Of a stretch of DNA of 64,000 nt, positions 28,669 through 39,251 are shown piece by piece. The DNA is taken from positions 128,001 through 192,000 of the forward strand of contig CAWEPZ010000002.1 of NCBI GenBank assembly GCA_963811105.1. The letters are read 5' to 3'. The notes beneath the pieces are model-generated. The model worked only from the letters and a program-made list of their open reading frames with translations, did no database searches and had not been told where the DNA came from. This stretch comes from Candidatus Bathyarchaeota archaeon (GTDB lineage: Archaea > Thermoproteota > Bathyarchaeia > Bathyarchaeales > Bathycorpusculaceae). Numbering within the stretch: the first letter of the stretch is position 1; the number at the start of each line of letters is the position of its first letter. The translations under genes and the position numbers were made by a program.

Positions 28669-30222
28669 ATGATTCGCAAATTAGCAATCGCCGATTTCCC
28701 GGCAATTCTCAATGTGATAAACGACGCCGCTCAGGCTTACAAAGGAAGAATTCCAAAGGACCGCTGGAAAGAACCCTACATGCCTGCCACTGAACTTGAA
28801 GAAGAAATCGATAGCGGCGTGCAATTCTACGGTTACTTTGAAAAAAGTGCCTTGATAGCTGTAATGGGGATCCAACGCATAAGCAGCGTTACTTTAGTTA
28901 GGCATGCATATGTGTTGAAAAATTACCAGCGGAAAGGGCTGGGGGAAAAACTACTCAGACACTTGCTTAGCTTAGCACAAACATCAACTATTTATGTGGG
29001 AACTTGGGAGGCGGCGTCTTGGGCTATCAAATTTTACGAAAAATACGGGTTTAAACTGCTCTCAACCGAAGAGAAGAATAAACTATTAAGAAAATATTGG
29101 AGCATTCCCAAACGACAGGTTCAAACCTCAGTAGTACTTGAACAAAACAGACAACTCCAATTGAAACAAACCCTCTTCTTAAGAGTTAATCCAAAGAACC
29201 CAGAAATGGCAAAAATACAAACAGCTGCCCAAATCATCCGAAAAGGCGGGTTAGTGGCATTTCCAACAGAAACAGTTTACGGTTTAGGCGCAAATGCACT
29301 TAACTCAGATGCTGTAGCCGCTCTTTTTGAGGCAAAAAAAAGACCGCTAGATAACCCGCCAATCGTTCATGTAGCGAGCCCCAGTGAAGTACACCGGCTA
29401 GCGAGAGAAGTTCCGAAAAAAGCTGAGTTGCTTATGGAAAAGTTTTGGCCTGGACCCTTAACTTTAGTTTTTAAACGTTCAAGAATAGTTCCAAACGTCA
29501 CGGTTGCAGGCTTAGATACGATTGCAATTCGCATGCCAAAACACAGAGTAGCTCTTGCATTAATCAAAGAAAGTGGTTGCCCAATTGCTGCTCCAAGCGC
29601 GAACCTCGCTGGGAAACCTAGCCCAACAATTGCACATCACGTTTGTGAAGATCTTGACGGAAGAATTGACGCTATCATAGACAGTGGACCTACAAACATA
29701 GGTGTTGAGTCAACCGTTGTAGACATAAGTGTTGACTCTCCGATGGTTCTTAGACCAGGCGGAACAACCCTTGAAGCTTTAGAGCAGGTTCTTGGTGAAG
29801 TGAAAGTTCACCCTTTTGTACAGGCTGAGCAGGAATTGCCCCTGGAAAAAATTAGTTCTCCTGGAATGAAACATAGACATTATGCGCCTAAGGCAGAAGT
29901 AATTCTTGTTGAAGGAGCAATTCCAGCCGTCATAAAGAAAATTCAAGAACTAACGGAATCATTCAAGTTAAAGGGCGTAAAAGTTGGAATCTTAGCTACA
30001 GACGAAACGCAAACCTCGTACAAAGCAATGGTAGTAAAATCTCTTGGCAGCCGTTTAAACCTGCCTTTAATCGCTCAAAATCTATTCCGTTTATTAAGAG
30101 AAGTTGACGAAGAAAACGTGGGCGTTATCCTAGCTGAAGGTGTTGGATCAGAAGAAATGGGGTTGGCAATTATGAACAGACTTCGCAAAGCCTCAGGTTA
30201 TCACATAATCAAGGCAGAATAG
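28669..30222 (+). CDS. sua5: GNAT acetyltransferase fused to Sua5 (threonylcarbamoyl-AMP synthase)
   Basis: N-terminal QRKGLG...FYEKYGF (GNAT); from about 29161 VAFPTETVYGLG, KKRP.DNP, PGPLT, APSAN, STVVD, PGMKHRHYAP, MNRLRKA. Confidence 0.92.
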   Translation: MIRKLAIADFPAILNVINDAAQAYKGRIPKDRWKEPYMPATELEEEIDSGVQFYGYFEKSALIAVMGIQRISSVTLVRHAYVLKNYQRKGLGEKLLRHLLSLAQTSTIYVGTWEAASWAIKFYEKYGFKLLSTEEKNKLLRKYWSIPKRQVQTSVVLEQNRQLQLKQTLFLRVNPKNPEMAKIQTAAQIIRKGGLVAFPTETVYGLGANALNSDAVAALFEAKKRPLDNPPIVHVASPSEVHRLAREVPKKAELLMEKFWPGPLTLVFKRSRIVPNVTVAGLDTIAIRMPKHRVALALIKESGCPIAAPSANLAGKPSPTIAHHVCEDLDGRIDAIIDSGPTNIGVESTVVDISVDSPMVLRPGGTTLEALEQVLGEVKVHPFVQAEQELPLEKISSPGMKHRHYAPKAEVILVEGAIPAVIKKIQELTESFKLKGVKVGILATDETQTSYKAMVVKSLGSRLNLPLIAQNLFRLLREVDEENVGVILAEGVGSEEMGLAIMNRLRKASGYHIIKAE

Positions 30223-30322
30223 AAGTTCAATGATGGATGAGCGAGAGAGAGAAAGTTTAGTGTGCTTTTCGGCTCTCAAGTGTCGATAAATGCAGTATCT
30301 TCAATAGTTGTGGCGTTGTTTG

Positions 30323-30340
30323 GTGGGAAAAATTTATATT
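30323..30340 (+). promoter_or_regulatory. BRE/TATA promoter of the thermosome gene
   Basis: GGGAAAAATTTATA about 50 bp upstream of the start. Confidence 0.5.
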
Positions 30341-30385
30341 TAAATATTCGATTGTTGAATTCCGTTATTACTCAAAAATAGGAAA

Positions 30386-32065
30386 TTGGTGAAAATTATG
30401 TCTCAAGGTGGAGGAAACATTCCAGTTCTAGTATTAAAAGAAGGTACAAACAGAAATACAGGTCGCGAAGCGCTAAAAAACAATATTATGGCGGCAAAAA
30501 TAGTTGCTGAATCAGTAAAAAGCACACTTGGTCCGTGCGGCATGGATAAAATGCTCGTTAACAGCATGGGCGATGTTTCTATTACCAATGACGGCGCAAC
30601 CATAATGAAAGAGCTTGACATTCAACATCCAGCAGGAAAAATGCTCGTGGAAGTTGCAAAAGCTCAAGACAACGAGGTTGGCGACGGAACAACAACAGCA
30701 GTGATTTTAGCAGGCGAATTACTTTCAAAAGCAGAAAGCTTGGTTGACAAAAACGTTCATCCAACAGTCATAATTGAAGGCTTTAAGAAAGCTAGTGAGA
30801 AAGCTTTAGAACTCTTAGAAAAAATGGCCATACCCGTTTCAATCGATGATGAAAAAACCCTTAAGGATATTGCAATCACGTCATTATCTAGCAAAGGCAT
30901 TAACGTTGCAGAAGATCACTTCGCAAAAATCATTGTTGAAGCAGTAAAACAGGTATCCGAAAAAATTGATGGCAAATACGTTGCAGACATTGACCTAATA
31001 AAAGTCATTAAAAAACATGGTAGAAGCTTGGACGAAACAGAACTTGTCAGAGGCATGGTTATCGACAAAGAAATTGCCAGCTCACAAATGCCCAAAATCA
31101 TTGAAGGTGCTAAAATCGCTCTTCTAAATGCTAAGATGGAGATTGAAAAAACAGAGTTTGACGCTAAAATAAACATTGAAAGTCCAAATCAAATGCAGCT
31201 TTTCCTCGATGAAGAAGAACGCATGCTTAAAGAAATGGTTACCTCAGTTACAAAAGCAGGCGCAAACGTTGTCTTCTGCGAAAAAGGCATTGACGACATG
31301 GCATTACACTTTCTTGGCAAAGCTGGAGTCTTAGCTGTTAAGAGCGTAAGTAGCAGTGACATGGAAAAACTATCCAAAGCTACAGGTGCTAAAATAGTTG
31401 CAAGCGTAAAAGACATATCAGCTGATGTTCTTGGCAAAGCTAAACGTGTCGAAGAAGTAAAAATCGGCGACGACAAACTACTATACGTTCGAGAAGCCAA
31501 AAATCCTAAAGCCGTAACCATAGTTATCAGAGGCGCATCTAACCAAGTTATCGATGAAGCAGAACGCTCACTCCATGACGGTTTATCTGTTGTAAGAAAC
31601 GTTATAGAAGACGGCAAAATCGTTGCAGGCGGCGGCGCACCAGAAGCAGAACTAGCTAAAAACCTACGAGCATACGCGGTCAAAGTCGGCGGGCGAGAAC
31701 AACTTGCAGTAGAAGCTTTTGCAGACGCAGTTGAATCAATCCCACTAACATTAGCTGAAAATGCAGGCTTAGACCCCATAGACATCATGGTCGCACTCCG
31801 AGCACAACACGAGAAACCAGACAGCCAATACTTCGGCATAGAAGTCTCAACAGGCAAAATAAAAAACATGCGTGACCTACTAGTAATTGAACCTCTCCGC
31901 GTGAAGCAACAAGTAATAAAATCAGCCACAGAAGCAACAAACATGATATTGAAAATCGACGACTTAATCAGCGTTAAAGGCGGAGGAAAAATGCCCCCAA
32001 TGCCTCCAGGAGGAATGGGAGGTATGGGCGGCATGGGCGGTATGGGCGGCGGAATGCCCTACTAA
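30386..32065 (+). CDS. ths: Thermosome (group II chaperonin) subunit
   Basis: [33 protein letters not shown]-terminal repeats. Confidence 0.97.
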   Translation: MVKIMSQGGGNIPVLVLKEGTNRNTGREALKNNIMAAKIVAESVKSTLGPCGMDKMLVNSMGDVSITNDGATIMKELDIQHPAGKMLVEVAKAQDNEVGDGTTTAVILAGELLSKAESLVDKNVHPTVIIEGFKKASEKALELLEKMAIPVSIDDEKTLKDIAITSLSSKGINVAEDHFAKIIVEAVKQVSEKIDGKYVADIDLIKVIKKHGRSLDETELVRGMVIDKEIASSQMPKIIEGAKIALLNAKMEIEKTEFDAKINIESPNQMQLFLDEEERMLKEMVTSVTKAGANVVFCEKGIDDMALHFLGKAGVLAVKSVSSSDMEKLSKATGAKIVASVKDISADVLGKAKRVEEVKIGDDKLLYVREAKNPKAVTIVIRGASNQVIDEAERSLHDGLSVVRNVIEDGKIVAGGGAPEAELAKNLRAYAVKVGGREQLAVEAFADAVESIPLTLAENAGLDPIDIMVALRAQHEKPDSQYFGIEVSTGKIKNMRDLLVIEPLRVKQQVIKSATEATNMILKIDDLISVKGGGKMPPMPPGGMGGMGGMGGMGGGMPY

Positions 32066-32071
32066 GCCAAA

Positions 32072-32089
32072 CCTTTCTTCTTTTTTGTT
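32072..32089 (+). terminator. Oligo-T archaeal terminator after the thermosome gene
   Basis: CCTTTCTTCTTTTTTGTT immediately after the stop codon. Confidence 0.5.
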
Positions 32090-32190
32090 ATCTTCAAAAC
32101 AAATTTTGCGTTGGATTTTGTTCAGCGTCGTTTTTAAGTAAGCTTATTATTCGAACACATAGACATTATTCGGTATCTTGGAGATCTGCT

Positions 32191-32928
32191 ATGAAGCATG
32201 TCAAGGTTACAGCGTTCGATTGTCCAGACGCGTGGTTTAAAGTATTAAACAGCATTTGGAGTGAAGGCGACGCTTTCCAGGTTGGCTACGGCTCGGAAGA
32301 GACAGAGACAAAAAAACTCAACTTAACATTAGAAATCAATCATCCTGAAAACCGACCTCTCGTAAGCGACAAAGCACCCTGCGACATGAAGTATGTGCAG
32401 TGGTATGCGTTAACGTATCTTTGGTGTGGAGAAGGAAAGCAAGATGAAACTTACACTTATGGTAGCAGGCTTCGTGAACCCGTTGACCAAGTTGAAGAAG
32501 CCATCAAAAATTATGTGAAAGAGCAGCGAGATAGGCAAGTTACTATGGTTGTTAGGCTACCTGAAGATATCTACAAAACTAATCCAAAAACAAACGAAAG
32601 GCACGAACCGCCCTGCTTAAGCCTAATCGATACAGAAATTTTTGAGAACAAAATTCACCTAACATGTTACTTCCGTTCCTGGGATGCCTACGCAGGCTTA
32701 CCAGCTAACATTGCAGGGTTGCAGATGTTTAATGAAGCTTTTGTATCCGAGATTAATGAGCGGAGCAATCTCGGCTTAGAAACTGGCAAATTAATTTTCC
32801 ACTCAAAAAACTGCCACATTTATCAGCGACAATTCAAACTTGTCAAGGAACTATTGGGACCTAAGGAAACCTCCAAGAATCTGTCCTCTTCATTTAAGGT
32901 AATGAAGGAACTTGAAAAAGAGGAGTAA
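32191..32928 (+). CDS. thyA: Archaeal thymidylate synthase (ThyA-type)
   Basis: YTYGSRL, PPCL catalytic Cys, FRSWD, PANI, HIY. Confidence 0.88.
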   Translation: MKHVKVTAFDCPDAWFKVLNSIWSEGDAFQVGYGSEETETKKLNLTLEINHPENRPLVSDKAPCDMKYVQWYALTYLWCGEGKQDETYTYGSRLREPVDQVEEAIKNYVKEQRDRQVTMVVRLPEDIYKTNPKTNERHEPPCLSLIDTEIFENKIHLTCYFRSWDAYAGLPANIAGLQMFNEAFVSEINERSNLGLETGKLIFHSKNCHIYQRQFKLVKELLGPKETSKNLSSSFKVMKELEKEE

Positions 32929-32958
32929 ATCAGGAAAAGTTTTGAGGCGCTTGAGCGG

Positions 32959-34341
32959 CTATCTTTTTGTTGGGTAACCAAGGTTTGTCCAGGCAGTTGT
33001 GCCTCCGAGAACGTTGCTTACGCTTTTGAAGCCTGCCCTCTCAAGTAAGCTTGCGGCTATGCTGGAGCGGTTGCCCACTGAACACGTCACCGCTACGGGC
33101 TTGTCTTTTGGAATATTACCCGTTTTTTCGGGTAAGTCAGCGAAAAATATTTGCTTTGAGCCTTCTATGGTGCCTTCTTCTTTCCACTCGCTCGGTTCAC
33201 GCACGTCCAAAAGCATAACTTCATCTTTTTCCAGCTTGCTTTTGAGCTCAAGAACTGAGATTGTGTTTACGTTGGTAATGGGGTTGCCTGCTTCTTGCCA
33301 TTCGTTCATGCCGCCGCACAGGTAACCGCACATATTATCAAAACCTAATCTACGTAGCCGAGGAGTTACAATGTCGATGTCACTTGGTCGTTCAAGAACA
33401 AAAACGATGTATTGTTCGGGGTCTAGCAGCCAACCTGTGTAAACACTGGTTCCGCCAAGCCACATGCTCAGCGAATTAGGAATATGCGAACCTGCAAAAG
33501 CGTAAGGCATCCGAGTATCCATTACTATTACTTTTGACTCTTGCATTTCTTCCTCAAAAGCCTCCAGAGAAAGCGCAGATGGATAAGACAACTCACTAAG
33601 CAAAGTAGGCCCGTTCAGATTATAATCTTCCATCTTGCGGAAGTACCGCGGTACAACCAACTCTTCATTACAAGATTTTTGAACAAAGTCTTCTTTGTTT
33701 GGCTGTAAGTACGGGTTGGTTTTTTTCTCATAGCCAATAGTGGTTGGTTCCTGCCCGCTTATGTCGTGTCCGCAAACGCTTCCTGCACCATGTCCTGGGT
33801 AAACAAGAACGTGGTCACCAAGATTCAGCAACTTTTCGTGGAGGCTGCTGTAGAGTTTTTCTGCCTGCTCTGGTTGTGCTGTCTTGCCGTACAGGTCTGT
33901 TCTTCCCACAGAACCAGCGAAAAGCGTATCACCGCTAAAAACTATCAATGCCTCTTTACTGCCAGAAGAATAGACAACGTAGCATAGGGATTCATCTGTG
34001 TGCCCTGGCGTGTAGAGGGCTCTGATTTTAGTGCTGCCGAGGTTTAATGCGTCGCCGTCGGTTAAGTTGTGTTCTCCATATTTGAAAGCTAAGGCGTTGC
34101 TGTGGCCGATTTCGGCTTCGGTCATGTTTTGCAGTTCCAATGAGCCTACCACGTAGTCTTCGTTCCTATGTGTTTCCAAAATGTACTTAATACGTGCGCA
34201 CTCTTTTTCCGCAAACTTAGTGTAGATTTCGCAATCTCGGCGAGGATCAATAACAATGGCTTCGCCTTGATCCGACAGATAATAGCTGTTGTGGGCTAAG
34301 CCTTCCGACTTGACTATTTCAATCTTCATTTTTTCAGCCAA
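32959..34341 (-). CDS. MBL-fold persulfide dioxygenase-like protein with two rhodanese domains
   Basis: IDPRRD, ETHRNED, TPGHT, GDTLF, GRTDL, PGHG; rhodanese DVRE and CSVGNRS. Confidence 0.92.
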   Translation of the reverse strand: MAEKMKIEIVKSEGLAHNSYYLSDQGEAIVIDPRRDCEIYTKFAEKECARIKYILETHRNEDYVVGSLELQNMTEAEIGHSNALAFKYGEHNLTDGDALNLGSTKIRALYTPGHTDESLCYVVYSSGSKEALIVFSGDTLFAGSVGRTDLYGKTAQPEQAEKLYSSLHEKLLNLGDHVLVYPGHGAGSVCGHDISGQEPTTIGYEKKTNPYLQPNKEDFVQKSCNEELVVPRYFRKMEDYNLNGPTLLSELSYPSALSLEAFEEEMQESKVIVMDTRMPYAFAGSHIPNSLSMWLGGTSVYTGWLLDPEQYIVFVLERPSDIDIVTPRLRRLGFDNMCGYLCGGMNEWQEAGNPITNVNTISVLELKSKLEKDEVMLLDVREPSEWKEEGTIEGSKQIFFADLPEKTGNIPKDKPVAVTCSVGNRSSIAASLLERAGFKSVSNVLGGTTAWTNLGYPTKR

Positions 34342-34440
34342 ATTACCTATACACTAATACAGAAAAGATTTAATGATTTATTCCTTTCCAAGATCAACAT
34401 TTATAGCCTCTAAAGCTTAACTAGAACGATAGGGAAAAAC

Positions 34441-34956
34441 ATGGGTCACAACGCAACATGGAAAGTTCTTGAACAATTAATGCTAGACCTGAGAAAAAAA
34501 GGTGCAGCCATACCGCCAAATATTATTAACGACTTAAGAAGCGCAAAACTAATGATAAAGATTTCAGAATCAGGGAGCATCGAAGGTGAATCAGCGCCTA
34601 AAGTAGATGAATTCCTCGGAAACGTTGAATCAAAACTGCTGGCGGAAGCCCAAAAAACCTTCGGCGAAGAATACGTTGACCAATGGCTTAGACGTTTAGA
34701 CGCAGCCAATGTTCAATGCGAGGTATGCGAGGAAAAATCGGAAGACAACAAATTCATAACTGCCGTCCCCAGAGACCAGAAATGGGTTAGAGTTGAACCC
34801 AACGGCAAGCTCACTTCCGAACGGCTAAAACTTATCGCCAATCAAAGCAAACTCTCGGTAAATCCGCAGAAGGACGGTCGGCTAGTGGTTTTTGGTCAAC
34901 AGGAAGACATCAAAGAATTCCTCAAAAAAATGACTGCAGAAACGGCCAAAAAATAG
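34441..34956 (+). CDS. DUF2096 family protein
   Basis: WKVLEQL...DLRSAK...VES.L...F...VPR. Confidence 0.75.
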   Translation: MGHNATWKVLEQLMLDLRKKGAAIPPNIINDLRSAKLMIKISESGSIEGESAPKVDEFLGNVESKLLAEAQKTFGEEYVDQWLRRLDAANVQCEVCEEKSEDNKFITAVPRDQKWVRVEPNGKLTSERLKLIANQSKLSVNPQKDGRLVVFGQQEDIKEFLKKMTAETAKK

Positions 34957-35115
34957 ATTTCGATAGTTTGCCCAACTGGTGAGATAGGCTGAAACTTGTT
35001 TTGAGGCATTATCTTACTACTTTTACTCAAGCAATAACTAAAAATCATTGTAAAAGAGTTAAATTATACTAATGTTTTTTATTGAAGCTATAATATTTAT
35101 AAATAGTGAATAATT

Positions 35116-35361
35116 ATGAAGTTTGCTGAAATCGCTATTTTGCTGAGGGAAATTGTTGACAGGTGTCCAGGTTTAGATGGAAGCACCATCACATTGATAC
35201 CGCAGAAAGCCATGTATCCATTGTTCAAAGGATACCACATTAACATTAAGGCAAATATTTCTAAGGAAAGTATGGGTAACTTAAGAAAGATAGTTGAAGG
35301 ACACGACCTTGTTATGCAAATAAAGACTGATTCAATAACAGTCTACGAAACCAGATCCTGA
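35116..35361 (+). CDS. Small hypothetical protein
   Basis: 81-aa ORF with TTTATAAA upstream. Confidence 0.6.
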   Translation: MKFAEIAILLREIVDRCPGLDGSTITLIPQKAMYPLFKGYHINIKANISKESMGNLRKIVEGHDLVMQIKTDSITVYETRS

Positions 35362-35432
35362 TCACTTTTTTGACTAGTTACTTGTTTTCACCGGTTTTGA
35401 TTTCGATATGTTTTTTACAATAAATCGCTAGT

Positions 35433-36692
35433 GTGCTGTGTGGGACCGTTTTGGTGAAACTGAAAGGATTTCAAAAATTAACATTAATAGATCAAGCGTT
35501 GCAGAGCTGGCTAGCAGCATTGCAAATTGGGGCGCCTAAAGCGGAGACAGTGCCTTTGCAAGTTGCATTAGCGCGTGTTTTAGCTGAAGATTTATTTGCG
35601 CAAGATGATTTGCCAAGGTTTGATAAGTCAGCAGTTGATGGATATGCATTAAAATCCGCTGATTCTGTTGGTGCTTCACAATTCAAACCAGCAACTTTTC
35701 AATTGACGGAAAACCGAGCAATAAGCGACAACCAGGCTAAGCAAGTCTGGACTGGAAACCCCATCCCGATGGGTGCAGATGCAGTAGTTATGCTTGAAAA
35801 CACTGAGAAGCATGAGCGGAAACTGGAAGTTTGGAGTCAACTTGCGCCGGGCGACAACATTTCCAAAAAAGGTGAAGACATCAAAAAAGGCGATATCATT
35901 GCTAAGGCTGGCATTCGCTTGAGCCCTTACCACATTGGATTAGCCGCCGCATCAGGCTATAGCCAACTATCAGTTACCCAAAAACCGAATATTGGCATTT
36001 TAGCCACGGGAAACGAACTTACAGAAATAGGCACTTCACTGTCTGGAAACCTAATTTATGACTCCAACAAAATCATGATTTCGGCTATGTGCAGAGAACT
36101 TGGCGCAGAAACAACCGATTTTGGCATAGCCAAAGATGATGTGGATGAAATCGCAGAGAAAATCCAAAGAGCCCTGAAAAACAATGACGCAGTAATTACT
36201 ACTGGCGGGACAAGCGTCGGTGGATTAGACTTAGTGCCTGATGCAGTTAACAAGATTGGAAAACCAGGAGTGATAATTCATGGAGTTGCATTGCGACCAG
36301 CGATGCCCACTGCACTTGCGGTTCTGGAAGGAAAAAAGGTTTTGATTTTGTCAGGTAACCCGGTTGCGTCAATTATTGGTTTTGAAGTTTTCGGTAGACC
36401 AATGGTTTGTAGCCTGCTTGGAATGAGTAAAACAGAGCCTAGACCAATGTTGAAGGCTGTATTGTCAAGAAGGGTTGTTAGTGCATTGGGCAGGAAAACC
36501 TACGTGCGTGTTTATGTCATTTTGAAGAACGGTGAGTTTTATGCTGAGCCAGTTAGTGCGAAAGGTTCAGGAGCTATATCTACGATGACGCAGAGCAACG
36601 GTTTTCTGATTGTTGATGAAAACCGAGAGGGTGTAAGCGAAGGCGAAACCGTCTTGGTTCACATGTTTGGTAATTTGAAGGTTGAGGACTAA
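35433..36692 (+). CDS. moeA: Molybdopterin molybdenumtransferase MoeA (1)
   Basis: SAVDGYA, TGNPIPMGADAVVMLE, TGNEL, TTGGTSVG, LSGNP. Confidence 0.95.
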   Translation: MLCGTVLVKLKGFQKLTLIDQALQSWLAALQIGAPKAETVPLQVALARVLAEDLFAQDDLPRFDKSAVDGYALKSADSVGASQFKPATFQLTENRAISDNQAKQVWTGNPIPMGADAVVMLENTEKHERKLEVWSQLAPGDNISKKGEDIKKGDIIAKAGIRLSPYHIGLAAASGYSQLSVTQKPNIGILATGNELTEIGTSLSGNLIYDSNKIMISAMCRELGAETTDFGIAKDDVDEIAEKIQRALKNNDAVITTGGTSVGGLDLVPDAVNKIGKPGVIIHGVALRPAMPTALAVLEGKKVLILSGNPVASIIGFEVFGRPMVCSLLGMSKTEPRPMLKAVLSRRVVSALGRKTYVRVYVILKNGEFYAEPVSAKGSGAISTMTQSNGFLIVDENREGVSEGETVLVHMFGNLKVED

Positions 36693-37944
36693 GATGTTTA
36701 GGAAGCTCATGACGTTTGAAGAAGCACAAAAAACTATTGAAAAGCAGTTTAAACCTGCATTTGTTGGCGAAGAAGAAGCTGTACTGCTTGAAGCTTACAA
36801 TCGAGTTCTAAACGAAGACGTAATTTCATCAATTGACATTCCACCGTTTAACCGTTCAACCGTTGACGGATACGCTGTGAAAGCGGAGGAGACTTTTGGT
36901 GCAGAAGAAAATCAACCTGTCACTTTGAAGGTTTCTGGCGCCGTTAATGTTGGTGAAAAGCCAAAAGTTGTCTTAGAGAAGGGTGAAACAGTTGAAATTG
37001 TTACTGGTGCACCCATGCCTGAAGGAGCAAATGCTGTAGTTATGGTTGAGGATACCGAAAGAGAAGATGATATCTTGCGTGTCTTCAATGCCGTAACCGT
37101 GAATGAAAATGTTATGCAGAAAGGATCAGATATAAGGAAAGGCGTAACTGTCCTAAAAAAAGGGCAGGTTTTGGGATCTTCAGAGATTGGTGTTTTGGCA
37201 GCTTTAGGTTTGACGACTTCTAAAGTACTAAAAATCCCCATTGTTGCTGTTTTGTCTACCGGCGGGGAAATAACTGAACCAGGTAAACCCCTGCCTGAAG
37301 GAAAAATCTATGATATTAACGCTTACAGCATAAGCACAGCAGTCATAGAAAGCGGTGGAAAACCTGTCTATTTCGGAGTTGTTCCAGACGACAAAGAAGC
37401 CTTATCCAAAGTTTTGCAAACTGCTGTAGCCTCAGCAGATATGGTGATCACCTCAGGCGGAGTCTCCGTTGGTCCACGGGATTATACCCCTCAGATTGTG
37501 GATTCGCTGGGAAAGCCCGGAATTGTTGTATACGGTATCGCTGTTAAGCCTGGGAAACCGACGACTGTCGGGTTTGTTGGAGATAAACCTGTGTTTTCTC
37601 TGCCGGGTCATCCCACGTCTGCGCTGTTGATTTTTTACTTGCTTGCTAGGCCCTTGCTTCAGCGGTTAGCTGGCAGACCTGTGATTGGCATGAAGATAGT
37701 TAGGGCATTTGCTGGTGCTCGGCTTTTTAGTGCTAAAGGCAGGCGAACGTTTGTTATGGTTAAGTTAGAATTTGAAAAAGATTCCAGGTTGATTGCTCAA
37801 CCCGTTGAAACAGGCGCTTCTGGAGCAATTACCACTTTGGTTAAAGCTGATGGGTTTGTTGAAATTCCAGAAAATGAACAATTCGTTGATGAAGATCAAG
37901 AGGTTGCTGTTTTGCTTTTCCGAAGCGTCCAACGTTTAGCTTAA
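36682..37944 (+). CDS. moeA: Molybdopterin molybdenumtransferase MoeA (2)
   Basis: STVDGYA, TGAPMPEGA, SGGVSVG, KPGKP, LPGHP. Confidence 0.95.
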   Translation: MRTKMFRKLMTFEEAQKTIEKQFKPAFVGEEEAVLLEAYNRVLNEDVISSIDIPPFNRSTVDGYAVKAEETFGAEENQPVTLKVSGAVNVGEKPKVVLEKGETVEIVTGAPMPEGANAVVMVEDTEREDDILRVFNAVTVNENVMQKGSDIRKGVTVLKKGQVLGSSEIGVLAALGLTTSKVLKIPIVAVLSTGGEITEPGKPLPEGKIYDINAYSISTAVIESGGKPVYFGVVPDDKEALSKVLQTAVASADMVITSGGVSVGPRDYTPQIVDSLGKPGIVVYGIAVKPGKPTTVGFVGDKPVFSLPGHPTSALLIFYLLARPLLQRLAGRPVIGMKIVRAFAGARLFSAKGRRTFVMVKLEFEKDSRLIAQPVETGASGAITTLVKADGFVEIPENEQFVDEDQEVAVLLFRSVQRLA

Positions 37945-38298
37945 GGTCTCAGTTGGTTTTCTTTTCAATAGATTATAGTATGCGAATACCCAAGTGAGGG
38001 CGGTGTACGCAATCATTTCTATGACTATTGGTATGTTGCTGAATCCTATTGCGATCAATGTGTAAATTGAAAATGTTGATGCTCCAACAAACAGTATGAA
38101 CAATAGCCATGGTGCCCATTTTCTTTTTGTTAAGACACCGTAAGCTGTGATTAAACTGAGGATTCCTATGAAACCTACTTGAGGCGGGAAACCAGTTAAG
38201 AACAGAAATACCAGTAGGATTATTCCGCTGACGGCATAGAAGCCTGTGGATGTGAGTTCTATTCGGTTGTAACTTTTCAGTTTAGATGCTATGGACAT
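37936..38298 (-). CDS. Hypothetical 4-TM membrane protein
   Basis: Four hydrophobic segments. Confidence 0.7.
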   Translation of the reverse strand: MSIASKLKSYNRIELTSTGFYAVSGIILLVFLFLTGFPPQVGFIGILSLITAYGVLTKRKWAPWLLFILFVGASTFSIYTLIAIGFSNIPIVIEMIAYTALTWVFAYYNLLKRKPTETLS

Positions 38299-38392
38299 TT
38301 ATGCTCGCCTTTACCCTATGCAGTAGGGGTTTAACTAATAAGTTTTTGGAGTTTGGCTCCAGTAATCTAAATCTATTAAGGAGGGTTATCTA

Positions 38393-38560
38393 ATGACTTC
38401 CACAATGGTGGATTTAGGGCTTAATGCAATAACGATTTCAACCTTTGAAGATGTGGAAGCCAAGAAACTTGATCTAAACAAAACCGTTGATGAATTAGCT
38501 AAAGCTTATGAGAAAAAAGACTTAGAAAGAATTTTAAAAGAAAATGGAAACGGTGAGTAA
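38393..38560 (+). CDS. 55-aa hypothetical protein
   Basis: Below the ORF-track cutoff; AAGGAGGG RBS; MTSTMVDLGLNAITISTFEDVEAKKLDLNKTVDELAKAYEKKDLERILKENGNGE. Confidence 0.5.
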   Translation: MTSTMVDLGLNAITISTFEDVEAKKLDLNKTVDELAKAYEKKDLERILKENGNGE

Positions 38561-39251
38561 TCTCACCTTGTTTATCATTTTTGTGACTTCAATGACTTTA
38601 TATGTGCAAGAGAATACAAAACAAGTCCTCCAGTCTTTTATCTAAATACGACTTCGATCTTTTTCGGTCAATCATTGCATTCTAAAGCGACTAAAGCAAA
38701 AAACCTGTTATCTAAACATTATTGGATGAACACTCCATTAATGCAAAGTTCTTAACCATATATTTTCCCAAACCTTAACCGATCAACTACACGGACATCC
38801 AACCCCACCCATGCAACAATCCGAACACCCATAACTAACCCCAATACACCAAATCAAACCCAACACAGACCCCATTACCCCCGATGGATCAGAATCCGCG
38901 AGAAGTAACCCGAAAACAATACCCATTTTATGTAGCTATAGGTGAATGTTTGGTTTTCTAAGGAGATTGGGATTAAAGCTTGCAACTACTGGCTCCTTCA
39001 GCATATTCATGACTTGCTGTCTATCCGAGTGTACGTTCTCTATCTCCCCATAATGATTAAACGGAGTACCTAACCGTCTAAGGGGGGACACCCACAGTTT
39101 TCCCCTTTTTGAAAAACAATGAGACTTTTTCTCTCGCCTTCTCAAATTCCAAAAATCTTCCGCAAATAGCAAATAGTAGGAAACAAGTATAGCATATGGT
39201 TAGCTGATAATAGATTGGGGGTAAGCTTAGCCAAGAAGGGAAAATGAAACA

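Noticed and set aside
31189-32034. 281-aa minus-strand ORF
   Set aside because: Antisense shadow of the thermosome gene
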